Shown here piece after piece: positions 19,544-28,616 of a DNA stretch of 64,000 nucleotides (position 1 is its first letter; each line of letters begins with the position of its first letter). A program made the position numbers and the translations under genes. The notes under the pieces are model-generated. The model saw only the letters and a program-made list of their open reading frames with translations, was not told where the DNA came from and did no database searches. This DNA comes from an uncultured Mycoplasmatota bacterium (lineage in GTDB: Bacteria > Bacillota_I > Bacilli_A > RF39 > UBA660): NCBI GenBank assembly GCA_900547995.1, contig URIY01000002.1:2319-66318 (forward strand). The letters run 5' to 3'.

Positions 19544-20152
19544 ATGGATGATTACATTAAATATAGAAATAAGATGAAACGTAAGAATAATAGAGATAAA
19601 AAAGAAAATAAGTTTTTTAGCTGCTTTTTAACGAAAACACTTTTAGTAATTATTATTACGCTTGGTATTTTAATTGTACTTAAAAACAATAGTTCTTTAA
19701 AAACAAAATTTTATAAATATGTATATGATACCCATTTTTCTTTTGCTACTGTTAACAAATTATATGAAGATACATTTGGTAGCCCTATACCCTTTAAAGA
19801 CTTATTAAATCAAAAAACTTCTCCTGTCTTTAATGAAAAACTTTATTATAACACAGCCAATAAATATTATGATGGAGTTATGCTTGGAGTTGAAAAGAAT
19901 TTACTTGTACCTGTTTTAGAAAGTGGTATGGTTATTTTTGTTGGCGAAAAAGATAATTATGGTAGTACGGTTATTATTGAACAGGTAGATGGTATTGAAT
20001 GTTGGTATGGAAATGTTACTAATTTAAATGTTAAAATGTATGATTATGTAGAAAAGGGTAGTATACTTGGTAATTCACTTGATGATAAATTATATTTAGT
20101 TTATAAAAAAGATGGTGTAAGTCTTGATTATCAAGAATTTATTAAAAATTAA
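19544..20152 (+). CDS. SpoIVFA-like membrane protein with a degenerate M23/LytM domain
   Basis: 202 aa with a basic N-terminus, one TM and a C-terminal LytM-like fold (GVMLGVEKNLLVPVLESGMVIFVGEKDNYGSTVIIEQ). It sits between mreD and an S2P protease, as spoIVFA does in B. subtilis. Confidence 0.6.
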   Translation: MDDYIKYRNKMKRKNNRDKKENKFFSCFLTKTLLVIIITLGILIVLKNNSSLKTKFYKYVYDTHFSFATVNKLYEDTFGSPIPFKDLLNQKTSPVFNEKLYYNTANKYYDGVMLGVEKNLLVPVLESGMVIFVGEKDNYGSTVIIEQVDGIECWYGNVTNLNVKMYDYVEKGSILGNSLDDKLYLVYKKDGVSLDYQEFIKN

Positions 20153-20882
20153 AATTCATCCCTTATTTTATCTATTTGCCTTTTTTTCTAGTATAACAGG
20201 ACTATTTTATGAATTTGTTATTTTTACTATTATTATTTTTGTTCATGAAATGGGTCATGTTACAGCAGGTTTACTATTTGAAATAAACATAAAAAAAATA
20301 CTTATTTTACCCTTTGGGGGTTTAACTATTTTTGAAATGCCTATTAATATTAGATTATATAAAGAATTTCTTATTGCTGTTATGGGACCTTTATTTCAAA
20401 TAATATTTTGGCTATTTTTATATAAAATAAATTATTGTAATAGTGTCTTTAATTATTATAATACTTTTATTTTACTTTTTAATTTATTACCGATATATCC
20501 CCTTGATGGTAGTAAAATATTTAATATTATCATAAACAAAATAACTAGTTTTAAAAAGAGTTATTTTGTTACGTTTTATACATCAATAATAACAATTATT
20601 ATATTTATATATGTTATTATATTTAAACATTATAATTTGAGTTTAATAATAATTGTTCTTTTCTTAATTAAAGAATTAATAAAGGGGTATATAAACTTTA
20701 ACTTCCTTTTTAATAAATTTTTACTTGAAAGATATAAAAATGACTTCCATTTTTCTAAACGAAGAGTTATAAAAAATATAAATAGTATGAAAAGAGATTA
20801 TAGTCATATTATTAAAGAAGGAAATAAATATGTGACAGAAAAAGAAATTTTAAGAAAAAGGTTTGACAATGTGTCTAAATAA
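20124..20882 (+). CDS. site-2 protease family (M50) intramembrane metalloprotease, SpoIVFB-like
   Basis: HEMGH (HExxH) in TM1 and LDG in a later TM (LLPIYPLDGSKIF), six TM segments, and the conserved position upstream of rplU. Confidence 0.75.
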   Translation: MIIKNLLKIKIHPLFYLFAFFSSITGLFYEFVIFTIIIFVHEMGHVTAGLLFEINIKKILILPFGGLTIFEMPINIRLYKEFLIAVMGPLFQIIFWLFLYKINYCNSVFNYYNTFILLFNLLPIYPLDGSKIFNIIINKITSFKKSYFVTFYTSIITIIIFIYVIIFKHYNLSLIIIVLFLIKELIKGYINFNFLFNKFLLERYKNDFHFSKRRVIKNINSMKRDYSHIIKEGNKYVTEKEILRKRFDNVSK

Positions 20883-20989
20883 TGATAGAATTAATAGGTA
20901 TGTAGAGCCTCTCTCTACAACCACACAGAAAAGGTTAAAACATATGTTACCTTAATGGTGAGTCTTAGATTATAAAGGAGGAGTGAAAG

Positions 20990-21292
20990 ATGAAAGCAGT
21001 TATTGAAACTGGAGGAAAACAATACTTAGTCGAAGAAGGATCAGTTATCTTTGTTGAAAAGCTAGATGCTGAAGAAGGTAAAAAAGTAACTTTTGATAAA
21101 GTATTAATGGTTAATAATGAAGTTGGAATGCCATATGTAACTGATGCCAAAGTAGAAGGTGAAGTTGTTAAACATGGTAAAGAAAAGAAAATTATTGTAT
21201 ACCATTATAGACAAAAGAAGAAATTCCGTAAGAGACAAGGTCATCGTCAACCATATACTAAGGTAGAAATCAAATCAATTAAAACTAAATAA
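20990..21292 (+). CDS. rplU: 50S ribosomal protein L21
   Basis: [17 protein letters not shown]...[10 protein letters not shown] with a strong GGAGGAG ribosome-binding site. Confidence 0.95.
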   Translation: MKAVIETGGKQYLVEEGSVIFVEKLDAEEGKKVTFDKVLMVNNEVGMPYVTDAKVEGEVVKHGKEKKIIVYHYRQKKKFRKRQGHRQPYTKVEIKSIKTK

Positions 21293-21293
21293 T

Positions 21294-21602
21294 ATGATTA
21301 ATATTAATACATATAAAAAAAATGGCTATATTAGCAAAATTACTATTAAAGGACATTCTGGATATAGTGAGTATGGAACAGATATAGTTTGTGCGAGTGT
21401 TAGTAGTATTGCAACAACAACTGTAAATGCTATTGCTAGGCTAAACAATGATTTGATTTATTTTGATGATAAAGATGGGTTTCTTGTTATTGAAATAAAA
21501 GAAAATGATAGGGTAATTAATATTCTTGTAAATAATATGTTAGATTTATTTAGAGAGCTGGAAAATGATTATCCCAAAAATGTAAAAATAAAAAACAATT
21601 AA
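21294..21602 (+). CDS. prp: ribosomal-processing cysteine protease Prp (YsxB family)
   Basis: 102 aa with the GHSGY...CASVS catalytic His/Cys dyad. It lies between rplU and rpmA. Confidence 0.9.
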   Translation: MININTYKKNGYISKITIKGHSGYSEYGTDIVCASVSSIATTTVNAIARLNNDLIYFDDKDGFLVIEIKENDRVINILVNNMLDLFRELENDYPKNVKIKNN

Positions 21603-21616
21603 TAGGAGGTGTTATC

Positions 21617-21910
21617 ATGCTTAAACTTATGAAATTAAATATTCAATTATTTGCTCATAAGAAGGGACAAGGTTCAACTAAAAACGGTCGTGATTCTATC
21701 GCTAAACGTTTAGGAGCTAAGGCTGCTGATGGTGAATATGTTACTGGTGGTTCTATAATTTATAGACAAAGAGGAACTAAGATTTATCCAGGTAAGAATG
21801 CTGGTATTGGTTCTGATGATACTGTATATGCAAAAGTAGAAGGATATGTTAAATTTGAACGTGTAGGTAAAGATCGTACACAAGTTAGTATATATCCTGA
21901 AAGAGTATAG
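21617..21910 (+). CDS. rpmA: 50S ribosomal protein L27 with an N-terminal propeptide
   Basis: [27 protein letters not shown]... The extension ends in the Prp-cleavage-type ..LFA motif. Confidence 0.95.
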   Translation: MLKLMKLNIQLFAHKKGQGSTKNGRDSIAKRLGAKAADGEYVTGGSIIYRQRGTKIYPGKNAGIGSDDTVYAKVEGYVKFERVGKDRTQVSIYPERV

Positions 21911-22013
21911 TTAGTAATTAAAAAATAAAATGAAAGTAGAAGTTTCCACTTCTCACCCGATGATGAATAGTTTTGGGTAAAAGGCATATAAATAGTTTTT
22001 TATTTGTATGATG

Positions 22014-22044
22014 GTGGATGCTTCTTATATGCATTCACTTTTTT
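22014..22044 (+). terminator. intrinsic terminator/attenuator in the infC leader (putative L20-responsive)
   Basis: Hairpin GTGGATGC-ttcttatat-GCATTCAC (one G-U pair) followed by TTTTTT, immediately upstream of the infC GGAGGTG ribosome-binding site. Confidence 0.55.
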
Positions 22045-22057
22045 GGAGGTGTAATAT

Positions 22058-22588
22058 ATCGCAAATAAAGAAAGAGATTTGTTTATTAATGAACAAATAA
22101 GGGCTAAAGAAGTAATGGTTATTGGACCAAGTGGGGAGCAACTTGGAATTAAAAACATTAAAGATGCACTTACACTTGCTAGTTATGCAGGCTTTGATCT
22201 TGTTTTGATGAGCCCAAATGCTGTTCCACCAGTTTGTAAAATAATGGATTACAGCAAATTTAAATACGAAAACAAGAAAAAGCAAAAAGAAAATTTAAAG
22301 AAACAACGCGAAAGCAATCTAGAAATGAAAGAATATAGATTATCTGTTTCTATTGATGTTCATGATTTTAATACAAGAGTTAACAATTCAAAAAAGTATT
22401 TAGAAAAAGGACATCGTATTAAAGTAACAATTAGGTTTAAGGGTAGAGAAATGGTACATACAGAGCTTGGTGCTGATGTTTTACTTAGATTTGCATCTGC
22501 ACTTGAGAGTGTTGCTGAAATAGAACAAAAACCAGCTATGGATGGACGTTTTATGACAATGATTCTTATGCCAAAAAAAGAAAAGTAG
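22058..22588 (+). CDS. infC: translation initiation factor IF-3
   Basis: ...INEQIRAKEVMVIGPSGEQLGI...PPVCKIMDY... aligns with IF3. There is no in-frame ATG after the TAA at 22052. The start codon is an AUC 6 nt after the GGAGGTG ribosome-binding site (22058) or UUG at 22079. Non-AUG starts are typical for infC. Confidence 0.85.
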   Translation: MANKERDLFINEQIRAKEVMVIGPSGEQLGIKNIKDALTLASYAGFDLVLMSPNAVPPVCKIMDYSKFKYENKKKQKENLKKQRESNLEMKEYRLSVSIDVHDFNTRVNNSKKYLEKGHRIKVTIRFKGREMVHTELGADVLLRFASALESVAEIEQKPAMDGRFMTMILMPKKEK

Positions 22589-22598
22589 GAGGGATAGT

Positions 22599-22790
22599 AT
22601 GCCAAAATTAAAAACACATAAAGGTACTGCAAAAGTATGTAAAGTTAGACCAGGTGGAACAGTAAAAATTGGAAAACCAGGTTCAAGACACAATACAGGA
22701 AAGAAAAATAGAGTTCAAAATCGTAATAGTAGAAAAGGATCTTTATTAAGTAAAGCAGATCAAAATCGTTTAAAAAACATTATTAAGTAA
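22599..22790 (+). CDS. rpmI: 50S ribosomal protein L35
   Basis: [12 protein letters not shown]..., 63 aa, basic, in the conserved infC-rpmI-rplT order. Confidence 0.9.
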   Translation: MPKLKTHKGTAKVCKVRPGGTVKIGKPGSRHNTGKKNRVQNRNSRKGSLLSKADQNRLKNIIK

Positions 22791-22807
22791 TTGAAGGAGG
22801 AATTAAA

Positions 22808-23338
22808 ATGCCAAGAGTTAAAAATGGTACAATACATCGTGCTCGTAGAAAAAAAGTATTAAAAGAAGCTAAAGGATATTTCGGAAGTAAACATAGATTA
22901 TATAGAACAGCTAAAGAACAAGTAATGCATTCATTAAGTTATGCATATAGAGATAGAAAACAAAAGAAACGTGATTTTAGAAAATTATGGATTACAAGAA
23001 TTAATGCTGCATGTCGTGCAAATGACATCAGTTATTCAAAATTCATAAATGGTTTATCAATTGCTAATGTAATTATTAACAGAAAAATGTTATCTGAAAT
23101 TGCTATTGCTAATCCTGAATATTTTAGTAAACTAGTTGAAGTTGCTAAAGAAGCATTAAATGGTGGTGTTAAAAAAACTACTACAAAAGCTGTTAAAGAA
23201 GTAAAAGAAACTAAAAAAGAAGAAACTACTGATTTATCTAAATTAACTGTAGCAGAACTTCGTGAAATGGCTAAGGCTAAAGGTATCGAAGGTGTATCTA
23301 CAATGAAAAAAGCTGACTTAGTTGCAGCACTACAATAA
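22808..23338 (+). CDS. rplT: 50S ribosomal protein L20 with a C-terminal Rho_N/SAP-like extension of about 50 aa
   Basis: [29 protein letters not shown]...[14 protein letters not shown] is canonical L20 for about 125 aa. It is followed by a K/E/T-rich linker and [33 protein letters not shown], which matches the Rho N-terminal (SAP-like) motif. Confidence 0.9.
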   Translation: MPRVKNGTIHRARRKKVLKEAKGYFGSKHRLYRTAKEQVMHSLSYAYRDRKQKKRDFRKLWITRINAACRANDISYSKFINGLSIANVIINRKMLSEIAIANPEYFSKLVEVAKEALNGGVKKTTTKAVKEVKETKKEETTDLSKLTVAELREMAKAKGIEGVSTMKKADLVAALQ

Positions 23339-23345
23339 TATCAAT

Positions 23346-23373
23346 AGACTGAGAATCATCTTAGTCTTTTTGT
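23346..23373 (+). terminator. rho-independent terminator after rplT
   Basis: Hairpin agactgag-aatcat-cttagtct followed by ttttgtt. Confidence 0.6.
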
Positions 23374-23416
23374 TTACTTTAATGAATAAATATTATATAA
23401 TTATGATGGTGGTATT

Positions 23417-24547
23417 ATGAAGAAAATAACAATACTTGCACTTCATTTAGGATATGGTGGTATTGAAAGATGTATTAGTAATCTTGTTAATTCATTATGC
23501 AATGATTATGAAATTGAGATTATATCTACATATAAACTATTTGATACGCCAGTATTTAAAATAGATGATAAAGTAACAATTAAATACTTAATTACAGATA
23601 TGAAACCTAATAAAAAAGAAATAAAGGAAGCATTATCTAAATTTAAAATAATAACATTTGTTAAAGAATTAATTAAATCTAAAAAAATCCTTAAATTAAA
23701 AAAAGAACTAATGATTAATTATATTAAAAATTGTCATAGTGATGTCATTATTTCTACACGTGATATACATAATTTATGGTTATCTAAATACGGTAATTCT
23801 TCTTCTTTAAAAATTGGATGGGAACATAATTTTCATAATAATGACCAAAAATATATAAATAAAATTATTAAATCAGTATATGGTCTTGATTATTTTGTAT
23901 TAGTATCAAAAAGTTTAAAAGAATTTTATGATGGTAAAACAGGTAATTGTAAATGTGTATATATTCCTAATTCGATTAGTTATATACCTAAAAATAAATC
24001 TAAGTTAGATGGTAAAAATTTAATTTCGGTAGGAAGATTAGAAGTAGAAAAAGGTTATAGTGATTTAATAGATGTATTTGAGATGGTGCATAAAATATAT
24101 CCTGATTTAAAATTAAATATTATAGGTGATGGTTCTTTAAGAGAAGAACTACAAAAAAAGATTAATAAGTTAAATCTTAGTGATAATATTATTCTTCATG
24201 GATTTAAAGATTCAAAATACATTGAAAAAGAATTATTAAAATCATCTATCTATTTAATGAGTTCTTTAACAGAGTCCTTTGGTCTTGTGTTAATTGAAGC
24301 ATCATCTTTTGGACTTCCATGTATTGCTTTTTCTAGTGCAAATGGTGCATGTGAAATAATTAAAGATAATTGGGATGGATATTTAATTGAAAATAGAGAT
24401 AAAGAAAAAATGGCTAAGAGAATTGTTAATTTAATTAAAAATCCTGAAAGAAGAATTATAATGGGGGATAATGCTTATAAGAAAAGTATTAATTATAAAG
24501 CAGATAATATAAAAGATATGTGGGTTAAATTATTTGAAGAGAAGTGA
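23417..24547 (+). CDS. GT4-family glycosyltransferase (GT-B fold)
   Basis: 376 aa. The C-terminal motif ESFGLVLIEASSFGLPCIAFS plus ..GACEII is diagnostic of GT4/GT1 retaining glycosyltransferases. Confidence 0.85.
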   Translation: MKKITILALHLGYGGIERCISNLVNSLCNDYEIEIISTYKLFDTPVFKIDDKVTIKYLITDMKPNKKEIKEALSKFKIITFVKELIKSKKILKLKKELMINYIKNCHSDVIISTRDIHNLWLSKYGNSSSLKIGWEHNFHNNDQKYINKIIKSVYGLDYFVLVSKSLKEFYDGKTGNCKCVYIPNSISYIPKNKSKLDGKNLISVGRLEVEKGYSDLIDVFEMVHKIYPDLKLNIIGDGSLREELQKKINKLNLSDNIILHGFKDSKYIEKELLKSSIYLMSSLTESFGLVLIEASSFGLPCIAFSSANGACEIIKDNWDGYLIENRDKEKMAKRIVNLIKNPERRIIMGDNAYKKSINYKADNIKDMWVKLFEEK

Positions 24548-25022
24548 TAAGATGAAAAAAGTATTATTTATATCTAGTACTGGTGGTCATTTAACCGAAT
24601 TATTAAAACTAAAAAAACTATTTGAAAAATATGATTCATATATAATAACAGAAAAAACAGAGAGTAATCTTTCGTTAAAAGAAGAGTATGGTAATAAAAT
24701 TCACTATTTATTATATGGAACAAAGCATCATTTATTTTCCTATTTGTTAAAAACACCGATTAATATAATTAAAAGTTTATATTTATATTTTAAAATAAGA
24801 CCTAAAGTAGTTGTAACAACTGGGGCGCATACGGCTGTTTATATGTGTTATATTGCTAAATTATTTCGAAGCAAGATTATATATATTGAAACCCTTGCCA
24901 ATATGAAAACAAAAACGTTATCTGGTAAACTTGTTTATCCTATAAGTGATAAATTTATTGTACAATGGGAATCTATGAAAGAATTATATCCTAAGGCAAT
25001 ATATGGGGGATGGATATTTTGA
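24534..25022 (+). CDS. Alg14-like glycosyltransferase membrane-anchoring subunit (PssD/Cps14F-like)
   Basis: 162 aa, MKKVLFISSTGGHLTELLKL..., overlapping the upstream gene and paired with an Alg13-like gene. Confidence 0.75.
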   Translation: MKRSDKMKKVLFISSTGGHLTELLKLKKLFEKYDSYIITEKTESNLSLKEEYGNKIHYLLYGTKHHLFSYLLKTPINIIKSLYLYFKIRPKVVVTTGAHTAVYMCYIAKLFRSKIIYIETLANMKTKTLSGKLVYPISDKFIVQWESMKELYPKAIYGGWIF

Positions 25023-25498
25023 TATTAGTAACATTAGGTACACAGGATAAGAGTTTTACAAGACTATTAGATGCCGTTCAAAGACAAATAGATTTGGGAA
25101 ATATAAAAGATGAAGTTATTGTACAAGCAGGGGTAACAGAATATAAGTCTAGAAATATGAAGATTAAAAAACTTATGCCCATTAAGAAATTAAATAAATT
25201 AATTGAGGAATGTGATTTATTAATTACACATGGAGGAGTGGGCTCTATTTTGTCAGGACTTGAACATAATAAAAAAGTCATTGCAGCGGCAAGATTAAAA
25301 AAATATGATGAACATGAAAGTGATCATCAACTACAAATCGTTGATAAATTTGCCGAAGATGGCTATATATTAAAATTAGATGATTTTGATAAATTGGATG
25401 AAATTATAAAGAAAGCCCAAAATTATAAATTTAAAAAGTATAAATCAAATAATGAAAATTTTGTTAAACTAATAGATAAATTAATTGAAGAATTATAG
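25010..25498 (+). CDS. Alg13-like glycosyltransferase catalytic subunit (Glyco_tran_28_C; PssE/Cps14G-like)
   Basis: 162 aa, ILVTLGTQDKSFTRLL...ITHGGVGSIL, the MurG C-terminal-like fold. Confidence 0.75.
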   Translation: MDILILVTLGTQDKSFTRLLDAVQRQIDLGNIKDEVIVQAGVTEYKSRNMKIKKLMPIKKLNKLIEECDLLITHGGVGSILSGLEHNKKVIAAARLKKYDEHESDHQLQIVDKFAEDGYILKLDDFDKLDEIIKKAQNYKFKKYKSNNENFVKLIDKLIEEL

Positions 25499-25512
25499 AA
25501 AGAAGGAATAAA

Positions 25513-26505
25513 ATGAAAATATTAGTAACAGGTGGAGCAGGATATATTGGAAGTCATACATGTGTTGAACTTCTTAATGCGGGATATGAAATAGTTGTAG
25601 TTGATAACTACTCTAATTCTAAAGAAGAAGTAATAGATTTAATTAAACAAATAACAGGAAAAGATTTTAAAAGTTACAAATTAGATGTATGTGATAAAGA
25701 AGCATTAGAAAAAGTCTTTGAAGAAAATAAAATTGATGCTGCTATACATTTTGCTGGTTATAAGGCTGTTGGTGAGTCAGTGGCTAAACCTTTAATGTAT
25801 TATCGCAATAATATTGATTCAACTCTTACATTGTTAGAGGTAATGAATAAATATAATTGTAAAAAAATTGTTTTTTCATCTAGTGCTACAGTGTATGGAA
25901 AACCAGAAAAACTTCCTATTAAAGAAGATTTTCCACTTAGTACAACTAATCCATATGGAGCAACCAAATTAATGATTGAAGGTATCCTTAAAGATTTATA
26001 TAAAGCTGATAATGCATGGGATATAACTATTCTTAGATACTTTAATCCAATAGGGGCACATAAATCAGGACTAATTGGTGAAAATCCTAACGATATTCCT
26101 AATAACTTAATGCCATATATTGTTAAAGTAGCAACCGGTGAATATGAACAATTGAAAGTATTTGGTAATGATTATAATACTGTAGATGGCACTGGTGTTA
26201 GAGATTATATTCATGTTGTTGATTTGGCCGTAGGTCATGTAAAGGCTATTGACAAGTTAAATGGACTTAGTATTTATAATTTAGGAACTGGCAAGGGAAC
26301 AAGTGTTCTAGAACTTGTTAATACTTTTTCTAAAGTAAATAATGTTAAGGTTAATTATTCAATTGTAGATAGAAGACCAGGGGATATTGATGCGTGCTTT
26401 GCTGATGCTACACTTGCTTTTGAAAAATTAGGATTTAAAGCGGAGCATACCGTTGAAGATATGTGCCGTGATGCCTATAATTTTGTAAATCATAAAGAAA
26501 ACTAA
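25513..26505 (+). CDS. galE: UDP-glucose 4-epimerase
   Basis: 330 aa with the Rossmann motif MKILVTGGAGYIGSH, a catalytic YGATK (YxxxK) and an SSSATVYG triad. Confidence 0.9.
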   Translation: MKILVTGGAGYIGSHTCVELLNAGYEIVVVDNYSNSKEEVIDLIKQITGKDFKSYKLDVCDKEALEKVFEENKIDAAIHFAGYKAVGESVAKPLMYYRNNIDSTLTLLEVMNKYNCKKIVFSSSATVYGKPEKLPIKEDFPLSTTNPYGATKLMIEGILKDLYKADNAWDITILRYFNPIGAHKSGLIGENPNDIPNNLMPYIVKVATGEYEQLKVFGNDYNTVDGTGVRDYIHVVDLAVGHVKAIDKLNGLSIYNLGTGKGTSVLELVNTFSKVNNVKVNYSIVDRRPGDIDACFADATLAFEKLGFKAEHTVEDMCRDAYNFVNHKEN

Positions 26506-26563
26506 TATTTTTCTCTTTATTTCATATAATTTAAGTGTATAAAAAACAAAAAATCAAAAAAAG

Positions 26564-26598
26564 TGTTGACAAACACATGAAGTAGTGATATTATAATC
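26564..26598 (+). promoter_or_regulatory. sigma-A-type promoter for the 26621 gene
   Basis: TTGACA, 17 nt, TATTAT, followed by the ribosome-binding site AAAGGGAGAG. Confidence 0.45.
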
Positions 26599-26620
26599 GG
26601 CAAAAAGGGAGAGATGAAAG

Positions 26621-27349
26621 ATGAAAATGAAAAATTTAAAAGTATTCGTATCTAGTGTAATGGCTGCTGTGACAATGGGAAATGGTATGGTAGTTGCTGC
26701 TAATGCTAAGAGCTCAAATAAAGAAGAAAGTTATGTTTATGTTTATAATGACAAGAAAGATTTGAATAAAGATTATAAAATTGATGAGCCAATTGAATTA
26801 ATTATGCCAATTAGTGCTAAAGTTTCTAAGGATGGAAGTCAATCTTATCAATATGGAACAATTATCGTTGAAAATGATAAGGCTAGTATCAATCCAACAG
26901 AAATTGTTAATGTAATGGAAGCAATGCAAACATTAAATAAGAAAAATGATGCAGATAAATTTGTATATGTTGATGGAAATGCAATCAAGAATGATGATTT
27001 CAAAACTAAAACATCAACTAAAAGATATACTGAAAAACAATTAACAACATATAGAGCAAAACAAAACTTAAAAATAGAAGAAGCTAAAAAGAAAATAGAT
27101 CATAGTAAATATGCTGAATTTATATTACCAGTTATGGGAAGTTATAAATATAAAAATGCAAATGGTAAAACTGCTATATATAGACAAGTAGAATATATTT
27201 ATTTCTATATGCCATATGACCAAATTACTAATAGTACAAACTTTAGTGAAATAGCAAAATCTGTATATAGTCGTTATCAATCAACATTTGATCATGTTGT
27301 AACATATGATGAAATTAAAGCTGAAAAAGCAAAAACAAAAACAAAATAA
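26621..27349 (+). CDS. secreted hypothetical protein
   Basis: 242 aa with a signal peptide (MKMKNLKVFVSSVMAAVTMGNGMVVAANA|KS) and a K/D-rich mature part. No family recognised. Confidence 0.55.
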   Translation: MKMKNLKVFVSSVMAAVTMGNGMVVAANAKSSNKEESYVYVYNDKKDLNKDYKIDEPIELIMPISAKVSKDGSQSYQYGTIIVENDKASINPTEIVNVMEAMQTLNKKNDADKFVYVDGNAIKNDDFKTKTSTKRYTEKQLTTYRAKQNLKIEEAKKKIDHSKYAEFILPVMGSYKYKNANGKTAIYRQVEYIYFYMPYDQITNSTNFSEIAKSVYSRYQSTFDHVVTYDEIKAEKAKTKTK

Positions 27350-27478
27350 TTATGAATATAAATAGGTGTTACTTTGAGTAACACCTTTAATTTTATATAA
27401 TAGGAAAGTAATATAAAAAATTCATAAAATAATTAACAAAAAGTAAAATGATATATTGAACTATAGGTGATGTAATTT

Positions 27479-28280
27479 ATGAAGATAATGAAGGCATATA
27501 AATTTAGACTATATCCTAATATAGAGCAAAAAAAATTAATAAACAAAATAATAGGATGTACAAGATTTATATATAATTATATGTTAGAAAAAAAGATAAA
27601 AAATAATAAACTATCAAGATTTGATTTAAACAATTTAATACCAAGTGTATGTGTGTGTGAAGAATATGAATTAACACCAAAAAAAAGAACAAACAGTAGT
27701 AGGAATAGATATAGGAGTAAAAAGTTTAGTAGTAACAGGTAATGGAGAAACTTTTGGAAACCCAAAATATAATTAAAAATATGAAAAGAGAATAAAAAGA
27801 TTACAAAAAAGTTTATCAAGAAAAATAAAGGGAAGTAATAATTATAAAAAGAATAAAATACTGCTGGCTAGATGTTATCAAAAATTAAGAAATGCAAGAA
27901 AAAAATTAGTAGAGAAAATAGTATCAAAAGTAACTGAATATAATGATATAATTGTATGTGAAAAATTAAAAGTAAAAGAAATGATTGAAATAAATAAATG
28001 TTTGAGAAAAAACATAGTCAATTCCACATTTGGATTAATAATTACAAAAATAAAAGATAAATGTAAATATTTAAATAAAGAATTTATACAAGTAGATACA
28101 TATTATCCAAGCAGTCAAATCTGCAGTAGATGTAATAATATAGACAAAGGAATGAAAATTTTAAGTAAAAGAGAATATAAATGTCATAAATGTGGAATAG
28201 AAATAGAAAGAGATTTAAATGCAAGTATAAATATTATGTATGAAGGATTAATAACATATTATAAAAAACAATATAGTTAA
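27479..28280 (+). pseudogene. tnpB: decayed IS605/IS1341-family tnpB (OrfB) with frameshifts and internal deletions
   Basis: The N-terminus MKIMKAYKFRLYPNIEQKKLINKIIGCTRFIYNYML is the conserved TnpB head. After a +1 frameshift near 27690 comes the RuvC-I motif VVGIDIGVKSLVVTGNGETF.NPK, then a stop. Then RuvC-II ...IVCEKLKVKEM, the zinc-finger CSRC...CHKC and RuvC-III DLNASINI. The total of about 800 bp is well short of the roughly 1.2 kb of an intact tnpB. Confidence 0.75.
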
Positions 28281-28289
28281 AATAAAATT

Positions 28290-28415
28290 TAATAAAATAT
28301 AAAAATATGAATAAAACAATGAGTACGGTAGTGACTATCGGATTTTATGCCTGCATGAGCAGGTAGGTAACGAAAGCTATGAAGCAGAAAACCTTAAGTG
28401 TGAACTTAAGGATTC
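28290..28415 (+). ncRNA. IS605-family right-end structured element / putative TnpB omegaRNA (reRNA) scaffold
   Basis: Locally GC-rich segment immediately 3' of tnpB with stable hairpins (CCTGCatgaGCAGG; CCTTAAGTgtgaACTTAAGG), in the place where omegaRNA is encoded. Confidence 0.5.
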
Positions 28416-28616
28416 AAAAATTTATTTTTGAATTTTGTTCTAGATTAAAGTATCATTTTCCAAATATAAATATAAATTATCCTATATATGATGGATATTC
28501 TTTTGATGGACTTAATCATGGCAATAATTTACTAATTAATATAAGCAATATGGATGATACAAGTAGTAATCCTTTTATGGATGAAATTTTAGATAATTTA
28601 CTAATTGATATAAAGA

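Noticed and set aside
27363-27385. Perfect 10-bp hairpin AGGTGTTACTttgAGTAACACCT, a possible IS605 left-end hairpin
   Set aside because: It is equally well explained as the rho-independent terminator of the upstream secreted-protein gene, since a TTTAATTTT run follows. I cannot assign it to the IS without other copies of the element.
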